Shown in pieces: positions 18,373 to 28,391 of a stretch of 64,000 nucleotides of DNA. The translations under genes and the position numbers were made by a program. The stretch's first letter is position 1. Every line of letters starts with the position of its first letter. The stretch comes from a candidate division WOR-3 bacterium (GTDB lineage Bacteria; Hydrothermota; Tepidihabitantia; Tepidihabitantales; Tepidihabitantaceae): assembly GCA_965649295.1 (NCBI GenBank), contig CBFGKH010000003.1, positions 64,001-128,000 of the forward strand, written 5' to 3'. The notes under the pieces were generated by a model. The model had not been told where the DNA came from. It searched no databases and saw only the letters and a program-made list of their open reading frames with translations.

Positions 18373-20022
18373 GTGAGTATGTTCTGCTACCAGTGTGAGC
18401 AGACCGCCCGCGGCACCGGCTGCACGGTTCAGGGCGTCTGTGGCAAAGACGAGAAGACTGCAATTCTGCAAGACCTGCTAATCTACGCGACCAAGGGCGT
18501 GGCCCAATACGCGCACCGCGCGGCCCGGCTCGGCGCGTTCGACCCCGAGGTCAACGTCTTCACGATTGAGGCGCTCTTTACGACCGTCACCAACGTTGAC
18601 TTTGACCCCGAGCGCCTGCACGGTTGGCTCCGGAAAGCGGCCGAGATGCGCGACCGCGCAAAGAAGCTCTACGAGGACGCGGCGAAGAAGGGCGGCAAAC
18701 CGGTGGAGACCCTGAGCGGCCCTGCGACCTGGCAGCCCGCCGCCGACATCGACGGCCTCGTTGAGCAGGGCCGCGACAAAGGCATCCTCAAACGTCACGC
18801 GGACTGGGGCGACGACACCGCAGACCTGCACGACCTGATTCTCTTCGGCCTCAAGGGCGTGGCTGCCTATGCCGACCACGCCCACGTCCTCGGCAAGGAA
18901 GACAACGCCATCTACGCTGAGTTCTTCCGCCTGCTCGACCTGATTGTTGACGCCAAGGCCAACGCCGACAAGCTGCTCGCAGCATCACTCGAAGTCGGCA
19001 AGCTCAACCTACAAGTCACCGAACTTCTTGACGCGGCCAACACCGGCGCGTACGGACACCCGACTCCGACCCCGGTGCGCGTCACGCCGGTCAAGGGCAA
19101 GGCCATTCTCGTATCCGGTCACGATCTGAAGGACCTCGAAGAACTGCTCAAGCAAACCGAGGGCAAGGGCATCAACATTTACACCCACGGCGAGATGCTG
19201 CCGGCCCACGGCTACCCGAAGCTCCACGCTTACAAGCACCTCGTCGGCCACTATGGCACTGCCTGGCAGAACCAGCAGAAGGAGTTCCCCGAGTTCCCGG
19301 GCGCGATTCTGATGACGACGAACTGCATCCAGAAGCCGCGCGACTCGTACTTCAAGCGCATCTTCACCACCGGCCTCGTAGCCTGGCCCGGAGTGGTTCA
19401 CGTCACGCGCGTGGACTTCGGCCCAGTCATCAAGGCTGCAATCGAAGCCCCGGGCTTCGCTACCGATGAGCCAGAGAAGACCATCCTCGTCGGCTTCGGC
19501 CACAACGCGGTGATGGCCGCCGCGCCCAAGGTCATCGAGCTGGTCAAGACCGGCAAGATTCGGCACTTCTTCCTTGTCGGCGGCTGCGATGGCTCGAAGC
19601 CCGAACGCAACTACTACACCGAATTCGTCCAGAAGACGCCCCAGGACACGGTCGTCCTTACCCTTGCCTGCGGCAAGTTCAAATTCAACCGGCTCGACCT
19701 CGGTGACATCGAAGGCATTCCGCGCCTCTTGGATGTCGGCCAGTGCAACGACTCCTACTCCGCGGTCCAGATTGCAATCGCGCTCGCCAAGGCGTTTGGC
19801 ACCGACGTCAACTCGCTGCCCCTCTCACTCGTCATTTCGTGGTACGAACAGAAGGCGGTCGCCGTCCTGCTGATGCTTCTCCACCTCGGCATCAAGAACA
19901 TCCGCCTCGGCCCAAGCCTGCCCGCGTTTATCACCCCGAACCTGCTCAACATCCTCGTCCAGAACTTTGGCATCAAGCCGATCACCACTGCTGACGCTGA
20001 CCTCAAAGCAATCCTCGGCTAG
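18373..20022 (+). CDS. hcp: Hybrid cluster protein (hydroxylamine reductase)
   Basis: MFCYQCEQ..GC..GVCGK, SGHDL, THGEMLP, GQCND, SWYEQK; AAGGAG RBS. Confidence 0.97.
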   Translation: MSMFCYQCEQTARGTGCTVQGVCGKDEKTAILQDLLIYATKGVAQYAHRAARLGAFDPEVNVFTIEALFTTVTNVDFDPERLHGWLRKAAEMRDRAKKLYEDAAKKGGKPVETLSGPATWQPAADIDGLVEQGRDKGILKRHADWGDDTADLHDLILFGLKGVAAYADHAHVLGKEDNAIYAEFFRLLDLIVDAKANADKLLAASLEVGKLNLQVTELLDAANTGAYGHPTPTPVRVTPVKGKAILVSGHDLKDLEELLKQTEGKGINIYTHGEMLPAHGYPKLHAYKHLVGHYGTAWQNQQKEFPEFPGAILMTTNCIQKPRDSYFKRIFTTGLVAWPGVVHVTRVDFGPVIKAAIEAPGFATDEPEKTILVGFGHNAVMAAAPKVIELVKTGKIRHFFLVGGCDGSKPERNYYTEFVQKTPQDTVVLTLACGKFKFNRLDLGDIEGIPRLLDVGQCNDSYSAVQIAIALAKAFGTDVNSLPLSLVISWYEQKAVAVLLMLLHLGIKNIRLGPSLPAFITPNLLNILVQNFGIKPITTADADLKAILG

Positions 20023-20133
20023 TCAAGCACAAGCCCTCCTGTCAGGCCACGCCAGCGCGCGTGGCCTACTTTTCTGCTATTGACACTTCTCAGTCAGCAG
20101 CTAGCATTGCGATAGGATTCGACAGGAGGCATT

Positions 20134-21546
20134 ATGAAACCAAGTCTGAAGACCGCCACGGCATTAGCCGCCATCACTCTAGTGCTGGCTACTGGCTGTC
20201 AGCAGCCGCCGGCTGCTCCCGCCGTACCAGTCGGCCCGACCAGCGTTCGCAATGATAGCCTCTGCACCTACAGCGCTACTGCCGCTGACCCCAATGGTGA
20301 CAACGTTGCCTATCGCTTTGACTGGGGCACGGGCGACACATCAGATTGGACCGACTTCGTGGCCAGTGGTCAGCCCGGTTCCCAACAGTATGTCTTTCGT
20401 CACCGCGCCGGCACATTTCAGGTTCGTGCCCAGGCTCGCGATGCCAAGGACGCGCTTTCTCCCTGGTCAAACCCACTTACCGTCACGGTTACTAATCCCT
20501 ATCATCCCGTGCTCTGGCGCTATCAGACCGGCGCCTGGGTTCATTCGTCACCGGCCATCGCTCCTGACGGCACCATCTATGTCGGCTCATTCGACGGCTA
20601 CATGTACGCCTTCAATGCCGACAGCACGCTCAAGTGGCGCTTCCTGACCGGCAACTTCGTCCACTCGTCGCCGGCCATCGGCCCGGACGGAACGGTCTAC
20701 TTCGGCTCGTTCGACAACTACTTCTACGCCGTCAATGCCGACGGCACGCTCAAGTGGCGCTACCAGACCGCGGCGGGCTGTTGCGCTTCCCCGGCCATCG
20801 CCACGGATGGCACCGTCTATGTCGGGTCCCGCGACGGTTACCTGCACGCCATCAACCCGGACGGCTCGCCCAAATGGAACTACCAGACTGGCAACTGGGT
20901 AACATCCTCGCCAGCGATCGCTGCCGATGGCACGGTCTATGTCGGTTCCTACGACAACTACTTCTACGCACTGAATCCGGACGGCTCGCTCAAGTGGCGG
21001 TATCAGACCGGCGACCGCGTTCATTCTTCACCTGCAATTGGAGCCGATGGAACTGTCTTCGTCGGTTCGTTCGACGGCCTGCTCTATGCTTTCAATCCTG
21101 ACAGCACCCTCAAGTGGAGCTACGCGACCGGTGGCCCAATCATCTCCTCGCCGGCCATCGCGCCCGACGGCAGCATCTGCTTTGGCTCCTGCGACTACTA
21201 CGTCTATGCGCTTACTGCCGACGGCACACTCAAGTGGCGCTACCAAACAGACAGCGTCATCACCTCTTCGCCAGCCGTTGCTGCCGACGGCACTATCTAC
21301 ATTGGCTCCGGCGACAAGCGGTTTTATGCCTTCAACGCAGACGGCAGTCTGAAATGGAACTACCAAACCGGCGACTACATCGAATTCTCGTCGCCAGTTA
21401 TCGGACCGGATGGCACGGTCTATGTCGGCTCGAACGACACTTATCTGTACGCCTTTGCCGGTAGCTCACCGACCGCCAGTACGGCTTGGCCGACCTTCCG
21501 TCACGACCTCAGGCACACCGGCCGAGTGGGCGGCAGTGCCAAATAG
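20134..21546 (+). CDS. Lipoprotein with PKD-like domain and PQQ/BamB-like beta-propeller repeats
   Basis: Lipobox LATGC; about eight ~40-aa repeats SSPAI..DGT.Y.GS.D...YA.N.DG.LKW. Confidence 0.9.
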   Translation: MKPSLKTATALAAITLVLATGCQQPPAAPAVPVGPTSVRNDSLCTYSATAADPNGDNVAYRFDWGTGDTSDWTDFVASGQPGSQQYVFRHRAGTFQVRAQARDAKDALSPWSNPLTVTVTNPYHPVLWRYQTGAWVHSSPAIAPDGTIYVGSFDGYMYAFNADSTLKWRFLTGNFVHSSPAIGPDGTVYFGSFDNYFYAVNADGTLKWRYQTAAGCCASPAIATDGTVYVGSRDGYLHAINPDGSPKWNYQTGNWVTSSPAIAADGTVYVGSYDNYFYALNPDGSLKWRYQTGDRVHSSPAIGADGTVFVGSFDGLLYAFNPDSTLKWSYATGGPIISSPAIAPDGSICFGSCDYYVYALTADGTLKWRYQTDSVITSSPAVAADGTIYIGSGDKRFYAFNADGSLKWNYQTGDYIEFSSPVIGPDGTVYVGSNDTYLYAFAGSSPTASTAWPTFRHDLRHTGRVGGSAK

Positions 21547-21564
21547 CGACAAACGACGATTGTC

Positions 21565-22974
21565 ATGAATCGCTGCACTATCCTGTTGGTCCTGACTGCC
21601 GTACTCACGATTGGCTGCGACCGGCCCAATAGACCACCCAACATCCCTAACGCCCCAAGCGGGCCAACCAGTATCCGCAACGATAGCCTTTGCACGTTCA
21701 GCGCCATGACGACCGACCCAGAGGGTGACAGCATCAGCTATCGATTCGACTGGGGCACCGGCGATACGTCGGCGTGGACAGACTGGGTTACAAGTGGTCA
21801 AGCCGATTCGCAGCAGCACGTATTCCGTCATCGTGCTGGCACGTTTGCGGTTCGTGCCCAAGCCCGCGACAAGAAGCTCGCCCTGTCTATGTGGTCTGAA
21901 CCACTGACGGTGTCTGTCACCAATCCCTACTTCCCCAGAATCTGGCAGTTCGCAACCGAAGGCCCAGTCCAGTCTTCCCCGGCTATCGCCCCGGATGGCA
22001 CCATCTACTTTGGTTCCGCTGACAGACACCTCTATGCCCTCAATCCTGACAGCACCATCAAGTGGCGATTCGGTACTGGCGGAGTGATAAGCGCGTCGCC
22101 AGCTATTGGCAGCGACGGCACCATCTATTTCGGGTCACACGACAGTTTCTTCTATGCCCTCAACCCCGACGGCACGCTACGCTGGCGCTACCAGACCAGC
22201 GCCCCTGTCCAGTCCTCAGCCGCAATTGGTCCAGACCGTACCATCTACTTTGGTGCTTGTCTCGACACCCTCTATTACCTGCTTGCCCTCGGCCCCGACA
22301 GCATTCTCAAGTGGCGGTTCCGGACCGGCGGCTGGGTTCACTCCTCGCCGGCAGTTGGCGCTGATGGCACGATCTACTTCGGCTCAACCGACAGCCACAT
22401 CTACGCCCTCAACCCCGACAGCACCCGCAAATGGCGCTACCAGACCGATGGCATCGTTACTGCTTCACCAGCAATAGGAGCTGACGGCACAATCTACATC
22501 GGCTCGGGTGATGGCGGACTCTATGCGCTAAACCCAGACGGAACTCTTCGCTGGCGGCTCCCTACCTACGGCAGCATCACCTCCTCAGCTGCTCTCGGTA
22601 CCGATGGCACCATCTACTTTGGCTCCTACGACTTCCATCTCTACGCTGTCAGACCTGACGGCACTCTGCGCTGGCGCTATCAAACCGGCAACGGCATCTA
22701 CTCCTCACCAGCCGTGGCAGCCGACGGCACAATCCTCTTTGGCTCCTGGGACGGCTGGTTCTATGCTCTTTCCCCGGAAGGCAATCTGAAATGGCGGTAC
22801 GGAACTAGCGAACGGATATTCTCATCACCGGCCATCGCTGCTAATGGCACAATCTACGTTGGCGCCAACGACCGGAGCATCTACGCGCTGTGTGGTACGA
22901 CTCCGCTTGCCCACTCGGCCTGGCCCAAGTTCCGCCACGACAATCAGAACACCGGCAGGGTCACTGCTAAGTAG
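21565..22974 (+). CDS. Paralogous PQQ-like beta-propeller lipoprotein
   Basis: Lipobox LTIGC; same architecture as the upstream gene. Confidence 0.9.
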   Translation: MNRCTILLVLTAVLTIGCDRPNRPPNIPNAPSGPTSIRNDSLCTFSAMTTDPEGDSISYRFDWGTGDTSAWTDWVTSGQADSQQHVFRHRAGTFAVRAQARDKKLALSMWSEPLTVSVTNPYFPRIWQFATEGPVQSSPAIAPDGTIYFGSADRHLYALNPDSTIKWRFGTGGVISASPAIGSDGTIYFGSHDSFFYALNPDGTLRWRYQTSAPVQSSAAIGPDRTIYFGACLDTLYYLLALGPDSILKWRFRTGGWVHSSPAVGADGTIYFGSTDSHIYALNPDSTRKWRYQTDGIVTASPAIGADGTIYIGSGDGGLYALNPDGTLRWRLPTYGSITSSAALGTDGTIYFGSYDFHLYAVRPDGTLRWRYQTGNGIYSSPAVAADGTILFGSWDGWFYALSPEGNLKWRYGTSERIFSSPAIAANGTIYVGANDRSIYALCGTTPLAHSAWPKFRHDNQNTGRVTAK

Positions 22975-22979
22975 CTGTC

Positions 22980-24734
22980 TTGAAACGCCATGCCAATGCA
23001 GTCCGCCGTTCGCTTGTGAAACTTTCAGAGACTATTCTCAGCCTACTTGTTTGCCTATCCACTGCCCAAGCTTGGTTTGCTTCGGCCGCTGCATTCCGTG
23101 ACCTCTGCTGGTCGCCGGATGGCCGACGGCTTTGCTTTGGCGTCCACTCCTCGGTGGAAGCGGATGGCGAGGCTGAGCTGGGCAATGACCTCGTCGCAAT
23201 CGTCAGTATTGACAGCCCGTCGGTGCGCTGCTTGCTACCGGCAAGATACGAGCCATATCCGACTCCATTCGGCAACCGGCTTGCCCTCAAAGCAATCGGT
23301 GGCCTGTATCTGCTTGACATCGAGTGTGGAACACTCATCCAGCTAGCCCAACCGTTCACACCTTACGTCGAACCGGACCGCTACGCCATTGACAACATTG
23401 CCTGGTCAAAAGACGGCAACAGCCTTATCTTCTCAACCTGGCGTGACTATGAGTGCCGTTCAGAACTTTGCCTTGTCCGACTGCCCGACTACAAGAAGAG
23501 TCTGCGCAAACCTGCCAGCGGGATTATTGATACCTGCGGTCGGGTACTGTCACTATGGTGGATTGGTCATGACGAAATCGCACTCTGCTGCGGGTCATCT
23601 CAGACTGACAGCACGTTCTTCAGAATCAACGTTGCCACCAACACAGTGCAGGAAACCGACCCCGATGAGTACGCAACCAAGCCAACACCGCGCCCAGCTG
23701 TCCGACTAGCCCGCGACACGATTGTTACGGCATGGGTGACCGAAGGCCTGGGCCAAGAGAAGACTCGGCTAGTGCGTGACACACTTCTCGACTATGTAAT
23801 AGTTCTAGAATTCCCCGATGGCGCGGCACGTGCCATTCGACCAGCAATCGTCGGCATCACCAGTGTCACTGGCGAGGTCTCGGCCGACGGCAAGCTAGTG
23901 TACTTTGAGTGGTCACGAGAAGGTGCTGACGTCGAATCGTGGGGCACGACCCGCAACGTCCCGGAGTTCTACTGGCTCGGCCGTGGCCGCTATCAGGGAT
24001 TCGGTCCGGTTACACCGCCAGTTTGGCTCAAAGGCGGGAATCGATTGCTCTACTACGACGCCCACAACTACGGCACTGTCAACACCGATGGTACAGGCAG
24101 GCTGATACCGGTCCGCGACTCGATTGTATCAGTGGCCCTGTCGCCCGATAGCACGCGTGTGGCACTGGAACTGCAGGGCCAGTTTGGTTTCTCGGTCGGC
24201 GTAGCCCATCTCGAATCCACTCGCTACACCCGTGTCGCTGATGTCCGCTCACCACTCTGGCTGGCTGACGGCAGCCGACTGCTCTGTCGCAGCGCCGATG
24301 GTTTTGTGCTCCTCAGTAACACCGGCCAGTTACTCGCTCGAGTTCCGTTCACAGCCAACGGCTATGCGCCCTTTTGGATTGCGGACAGCATCATTCTCTT
24401 CCGTTCTGGTACCACTCAACGTTGCTGGATCGGCGACAGCTCAGAGATGGTCGGTGACGAATCAGACCCGGTCTGGCAGTTCAACCTGCTGTCCGGCAAG
24501 TTGGCGCCAGCCACACAAGAACTAGCTGACCGCTACCATGCTCGTCAGTCCCCACCCCATGACACACTAGTATCACCAGACGGCAAGTTGATCGCTTGGC
24601 TAGAACAGAAGAAGCAGACGACCCGCGTCTGGCTGTCGAATGCTGACGGCACGAATCGGCGGCTGCTGGTCGATGCCTGGTCTAACTACAACCGTCGCCT
24701 CGACAGCGACGACCCAACCAGTGGCGGCGAGTAA
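22980..24734 (+). CDS. TolB/WD40-like beta-propeller protein
   Basis: WSPDG, WSKDG, LSPDS and VSPDG repeats; signal-like N-terminus. Confidence 0.7.
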   Translation: MKRHANAVRRSLVKLSETILSLLVCLSTAQAWFASAAAFRDLCWSPDGRRLCFGVHSSVEADGEAELGNDLVAIVSIDSPSVRCLLPARYEPYPTPFGNRLALKAIGGLYLLDIECGTLIQLAQPFTPYVEPDRYAIDNIAWSKDGNSLIFSTWRDYECRSELCLVRLPDYKKSLRKPASGIIDTCGRVLSLWWIGHDEIALCCGSSQTDSTFFRINVATNTVQETDPDEYATKPTPRPAVRLARDTIVTAWVTEGLGQEKTRLVRDTLLDYVIVLEFPDGAARAIRPAIVGITSVTGEVSADGKLVYFEWSREGADVESWGTTRNVPEFYWLGRGRYQGFGPVTPPVWLKGGNRLLYYDAHNYGTVNTDGTGRLIPVRDSIVSVALSPDSTRVALELQGQFGFSVGVAHLESTRYTRVADVRSPLWLADGSRLLCRSADGFVLLSNTGQLLARVPFTANGYAPFWIADSIILFRSGTTQRCWIGDSSEMVGDESDPVWQFNLLSGKLAPATQELADRYHARQSPPHDTLVSPDGKLIAWLEQKKQTTRVWLSNADGTNRRLLVDAWSNYNRRLDSDDPTSGGE

Positions 24735-25893
24735 TCAACCCCCTACCGGACACAAAGTCTGGACGTTGCTGCTGTTCATCTCTTGCAGTCTCGTCACAGC
24801 CACTCCCGCTGACTATGTGTTCCGGCCGGTTTCGATCACACTCTTCCCGTTGATTTCGACCAATGGCCGTGATGCCACGCGAATCAACTCCGCCCTCTCC
24901 CTCAACATCATCGGCGGCTACCAAGGTCGGCTCACTGGCGTCGAACTTGGCACCGCCTTCAATGTCGAACTCAATGATGCCCGCGGCTATCAACTGGCAG
25001 CCGGCATCAATGTGGTCAGTGGTAGCTTCTACGGTGCCCAGCAGGCCGGCCTAATAAGTATTGTCGGCCGCGACCTGTACGCGCTCCAGCAGTCAGCCAT
25101 ATTGAGCGCCGTTGTTGGCCAACTGCGTGGCGCCCAGTTTGCCGGCGGCGCAACCATCACTCTGGACGACGGTGTTGGTTTGCAGGCTAGTGGCGGTGCC
25201 AGCTACTGTGGTGGCTGGCTGCGCGGTCTGCAGATTACTGGTGGTGCAAGCATCAGCCGCGACCTGACCGGCGCTCAACTGGCTGGCGGCGCCAACATCA
25301 CCACCAGCCGTATTGACGGGCTTCAGCTTGCCGGCGGTCTGAACTACTGTAGGGAACTCCGCGGCTGTCAGCTTGGCAGCGTCAACATCACCGGCCAGAG
25401 CCGGGGAGTCCAGCTTGGTTTGGTCAACATCGCCGACGACGTTGACGTGCCGATCGGTCTCGTCAGTATAATCCGCCTCGGCCAGTTTCATCTCAACGTC
25501 TGGGCAAGCGAGATTGCCGTCGTAAATATCGGTCTCAAGACCGGCTCGCGACGCATCTACAGCACTATCAACCTCGGTCTACGGCCGCAACGCGACTCAT
25601 CACTGCTGCTCACCGGCCTCGGCATCGGCTGTCACATTCCGCTCGGCCGGTTCTTCCTTGACCTTGACGGTGGCGCAAGCAGCGCTTGGCGCTGGCCGCA
25701 CTGGTTCCAAACGACCTCAGCAAAGGACTACGGGTTGTTCAGCACCCTCCGTGTTACTGCCGGCTGGCAGCTCGGGGAGCGAATCGCCATCAGCGTCGGC
25801 CCCACTGCCAGTGTCTGGCTAACAACTGTCAGCCCTTCGCCTTTTGGCCAGACAGTCTGGCCTGGCTTCACCATCGGGCTACAGCTACTCTAG
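24721..25893 (+). CDS. Surface protein with G-x-Q-L-A-G repeats (LA_2272-like) and C-terminal barrel-like region
   Basis: Repeats GYQLAAG/GAQFAGG/GLQITGG/GVQLGLVN; start uncertain (GTG 24721 chosen). Confidence 0.7.
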   Translation: MAASNQPPTGHKVWTLLLFISCSLVTATPADYVFRPVSITLFPLISTNGRDATRINSALSLNIIGGYQGRLTGVELGTAFNVELNDARGYQLAAGINVVSGSFYGAQQAGLISIVGRDLYALQQSAILSAVVGQLRGAQFAGGATITLDDGVGLQASGGASYCGGWLRGLQITGGASISRDLTGAQLAGGANITTSRIDGLQLAGGLNYCRELRGCQLGSVNITGQSRGVQLGLVNIADDVDVPIGLVSIIRLGQFHLNVWASEIAVVNIGLKTGSRRIYSTINLGLRPQRDSSLLLTGLGIGCHIPLGRFFLDLDGGASSAWRWPHWFQTTSAKDYGLFSTLRVTAGWQLGERIAISVGPTASVWLTTVSPSPFGQTVWPGFTIGLQLL

Positions 25894-25943
25894 CCTTCTG
25901 CCCAGAATCATCCAGCCACGAACAACCAAGCGAGACTAGCCTG

Positions 25944-26558
25944 CTACTCCAGACTGAATCGGAACGGGATTGAGACTTGTACCGGCACTGGCCGGTCGTT
26001 CTGGTAGGCAGGCACGAACCGAAACTGCCGGGCCGCAGTCAGTGCTGCTGCGTCCAACAAGCTGTTGCCCGAAGATCGTAGCACAGTCGCACTGGCGACA
26101 AGACCGTTGGTATCAACGACTGCTGCGACAACAACGCTCCCTTCAATTCCAGCCCGGCGGGCCAGTTCTGGGTATTCGGGCACGACCGAGCTGACGAGCA
26201 CTGGCTTGCGTTCGACCTTCCAATAGGGCAGCGGTTCGAGCACCGGCTCAGTCAGCGGCCGCTCAACTTCGTTGAAAGTATGTCTGCCGATGCTAGGGTC
26301 AGTGGCAGGGCCGTCTGGCGACGGCACCGGTATCGCGCTGCGCCTTGGCACCGGCTGGTCTGGCACCTGCGGAGCGAGCAGTACCGGCTCAATGCGCACA
26401 GCCTGAACAATCGGCCGGCGCAGTTCGTAGGCATGAACCTCGGGCTGGGGTGCGAACCGAAAGACAAGCACCATCAGCCCAAGCGCCGCAATCAGCGCAA
26501 GACGCAAGTCAAGGCCATACTGCTGGTCATGGTCGTAGCTCCGGACAAGGCTGTTCAT
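25944..26558 (-). CDS. tonB: Energy transducer TonB
   Basis: N-terminal TM, Pro-rich linker, PEYPELARRAGIEGSV...FVPA...IPFRF. Confidence 0.9.
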   Translation of the reverse strand: MNSLVRSYDHDQQYGLDLRLALIAALGLMVLVFRFAPQPEVHAYELRRPIVQAVRIEPVLLAPQVPDQPVPRRSAIPVPSPDGPATDPSIGRHTFNEVERPLTEPVLEPLPYWKVERKPVLVSSVVPEYPELARRAGIEGSVVVAAVVDTNGLVASATVLRSSGNSLLDAAALTAARQFRFVPAYQNDRPVPVQVSIPFRFSLE

Positions 26559-26669
26559 ACTTACCTCCGGTTGTCATAACTGACTTACCCCTGACTAGCC
26601 TGGCCCATTCCGTTACCGTTGAAAGAACACGGCGGCCACGCGGCCGCCGCTAATGACTGCTGCCGACAG

Positions 26670-27785
26670 CTACTTCTGCTGCTCGGGCTGCAGTTTCTTT
26701 GCCGGGTTGAACTTGAACTTCTGCTGCACTATGCCGGTCACCGGCTTGCCGTCCCTAGTTGCCGGTGCGAAGATGGCTTCGAGCGCGGTGCGTATCGCAA
26801 TACTGTCAAGGAGCGGCTTGCCACTGGACCGCGCCAGCTTGACCGAACGCACCCGTCCCAGGGTATCGGTGACGAGCGTGAGCATGACCGTGCCCGTATC
26901 CTCTTCTTCCACCTCGGGCAGCTTAGGCATGGCAATGAGCCGCGGTTCAGTTGAGCCGACACGGACCGGCTGGCCAGTTGCTGCTTCCTCGGCTGGCCCG
27001 TGTTCTTCTTCCGGACGAGCCGGGGCCGGTGTCGGCTCGCTACGCGGCTTGGTCTGACCGCATAGCTCTTCAGCCGGAATCTCCCGTCGCTCCGGCTCTG
27101 GCTGAGCTGCCACGCCGACTGCTGTACCGCCGCTTGCCGGCTCGTGCGGCCGCCGTGGCCGGGTCGTACTAGCCCGCTCCCGCCCATCAATTTGAGCCTG
27201 TTCAACGAGCTCGTGCGGTTGCTCCTGTGCGGCAGTAACGGCTGGCGCTGGCAACGGAGTCTGCTGGCCGGTGGTCCCTGGCGACGGTTGCGGAACTCGG
27301 GCAACCGCCGGCCCTGGCGCAGGTGCGGGCCTGGCCCTGCCCTCGGGTTGAACCGGCGGCTCGACTCGCTCCTTCATCTTTTCGAGTGCCGCCTCAACCT
27401 GAGCAACCCGTCGCGATGTGTTCAGACTCGAACGAATCGCCTGCCAGCCGACAACTACAACAACCAGCGCCACCACCAGCCCGCCAGCCAGTGTTGCCAG
27501 TCGCGGAAACGAGAACGTCGGCCGCCAGGTCTGCTGCCGAGCTGGCCGCTGCTGGCGAATGCGACGCCAAACCCGGGTTCGCTGCCAGTCCCAGAAGTCA
27601 TCCGGTTGTGACGGCGGCTCAACCTTCCGCACCAGCGCGTGCAACTGATTGAGTGCTGCCAGCTCATCGCTGCAAGCCGAACAACCGGCAAGGTGCGCCT
27701 GCACCTGCGCAGTCTGTTCTGGCCCCAGCTCGCCATCAGCGAACGGCCCAAGTAGCGGACGAATGCGACGACACTCCGGCTTCAT
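26670..27785 (-). CDS. Zn-finger anti-sigma factor fused to TonB C-terminal domain
   Basis: HLAGCSAC zf-HC2 motif, TM helix, Pro-rich linker, SSGKPLLDSIA...FAPATRDGKPV. Confidence 0.85.
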   Translation of the reverse strand: MKPECRRIRPLLGPFADGELGPEQTAQVQAHLAGCSACSDELAALNQLHALVRKVEPPSQPDDFWDWQRTRVWRRIRQQRPARQQTWRPTFSFPRLATLAGGLVVALVVVVVGWQAIRSSLNTSRRVAQVEAALEKMKERVEPPVQPEGRARPAPAPGPAVARVPQPSPGTTGQQTPLPAPAVTAAQEQPHELVEQAQIDGRERASTTRPRRPHEPASGGTAVGVAAQPEPERREIPAEELCGQTKPRSEPTPAPARPEEEHGPAEEAATGQPVRVGSTEPRLIAMPKLPEVEEEDTGTVMLTLVTDTLGRVRSVKLARSSGKPLLDSIAIRTALEAIFAPATRDGKPVTGIVQQKFKFNPAKKLQPEQQK

Positions 27786-28354
27786 GACGCTGGCAGATAA
27801 TCCTTCAAGAGGACTCGCAATTTCTCCCGCGCCCGATTGAGCCGGGACATCACCGTGCCCACCGGAATCCCGAGTGTCTCAGCAATCTCGTTGTAGCTCA
27901 ACTCCTCTTTCACTCGCAGAAGGAAGATAGTCCGCTGGTCTGCTGGTAGCTTGAACAGAGCAGCATCAAGGTCGCGCCGCAGGCTGGAACCCTCAGCATC
28001 TGCCCGCGGGTCAGGTATGTCGGCAGCAGCGCTATCGCCGTCAGCCAGCGGCAATGGCTGCGTCGCCACCCGTCGTGCCCGCTTGAGATGATTGAAACAG
28101 AGATTCACCGCTATCTTCCGTAGCCAGGTATAGAACTGAAACCGCTCATCGAAACGGCGGATTGCCCGAAATGCCCGGATGAATGTCTCCTGCACCATGT
28201 CATCGGCATCGGCATGGTTGCGGACGAGTGAATAGGTAAGACGGTAGATGCTTGCAGCATAGCGTTTCATCAGCTCATCAAATGCCCCGGTGTCGCCCGA
28301 CTGGACAGCATGAATCAGCTCTCCGTCGCTGGGCCGCCCATCGGGCGCACTCAT
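27782..28354 (-). CDS. ECF RNA polymerase sigma factor
   Basis: DDMVQETF, FYTWL, SYNEIAETLGIPVGTVMSRL. Confidence 0.95.
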   Translation of the reverse strand: MSAPDGRPSDGELIHAVQSGDTGAFDELMKRYAASIYRLTYSLVRNHADADDMVQETFIRAFRAIRRFDERFQFYTWLRKIAVNLCFNHLKRARRVATQPLPLADGDSAAADIPDPRADAEGSSLRRDLDAALFKLPADQRTIFLLRVKEELSYNEIAETLGIPVGTVMSRLNRAREKLRVLLKDYLPAS

Positions 28355-28391
28355 TCAATCTACCGTTACTATCGAAAGGCTATTCCGAGAA

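Noticed and set aside
20500..22900. 120-nt periodic repeats as a DGR or nucleic-acid array
   Set aside because: Explained by beta-propeller blade repeats with synonymous variation; no reverse transcriptase seen.
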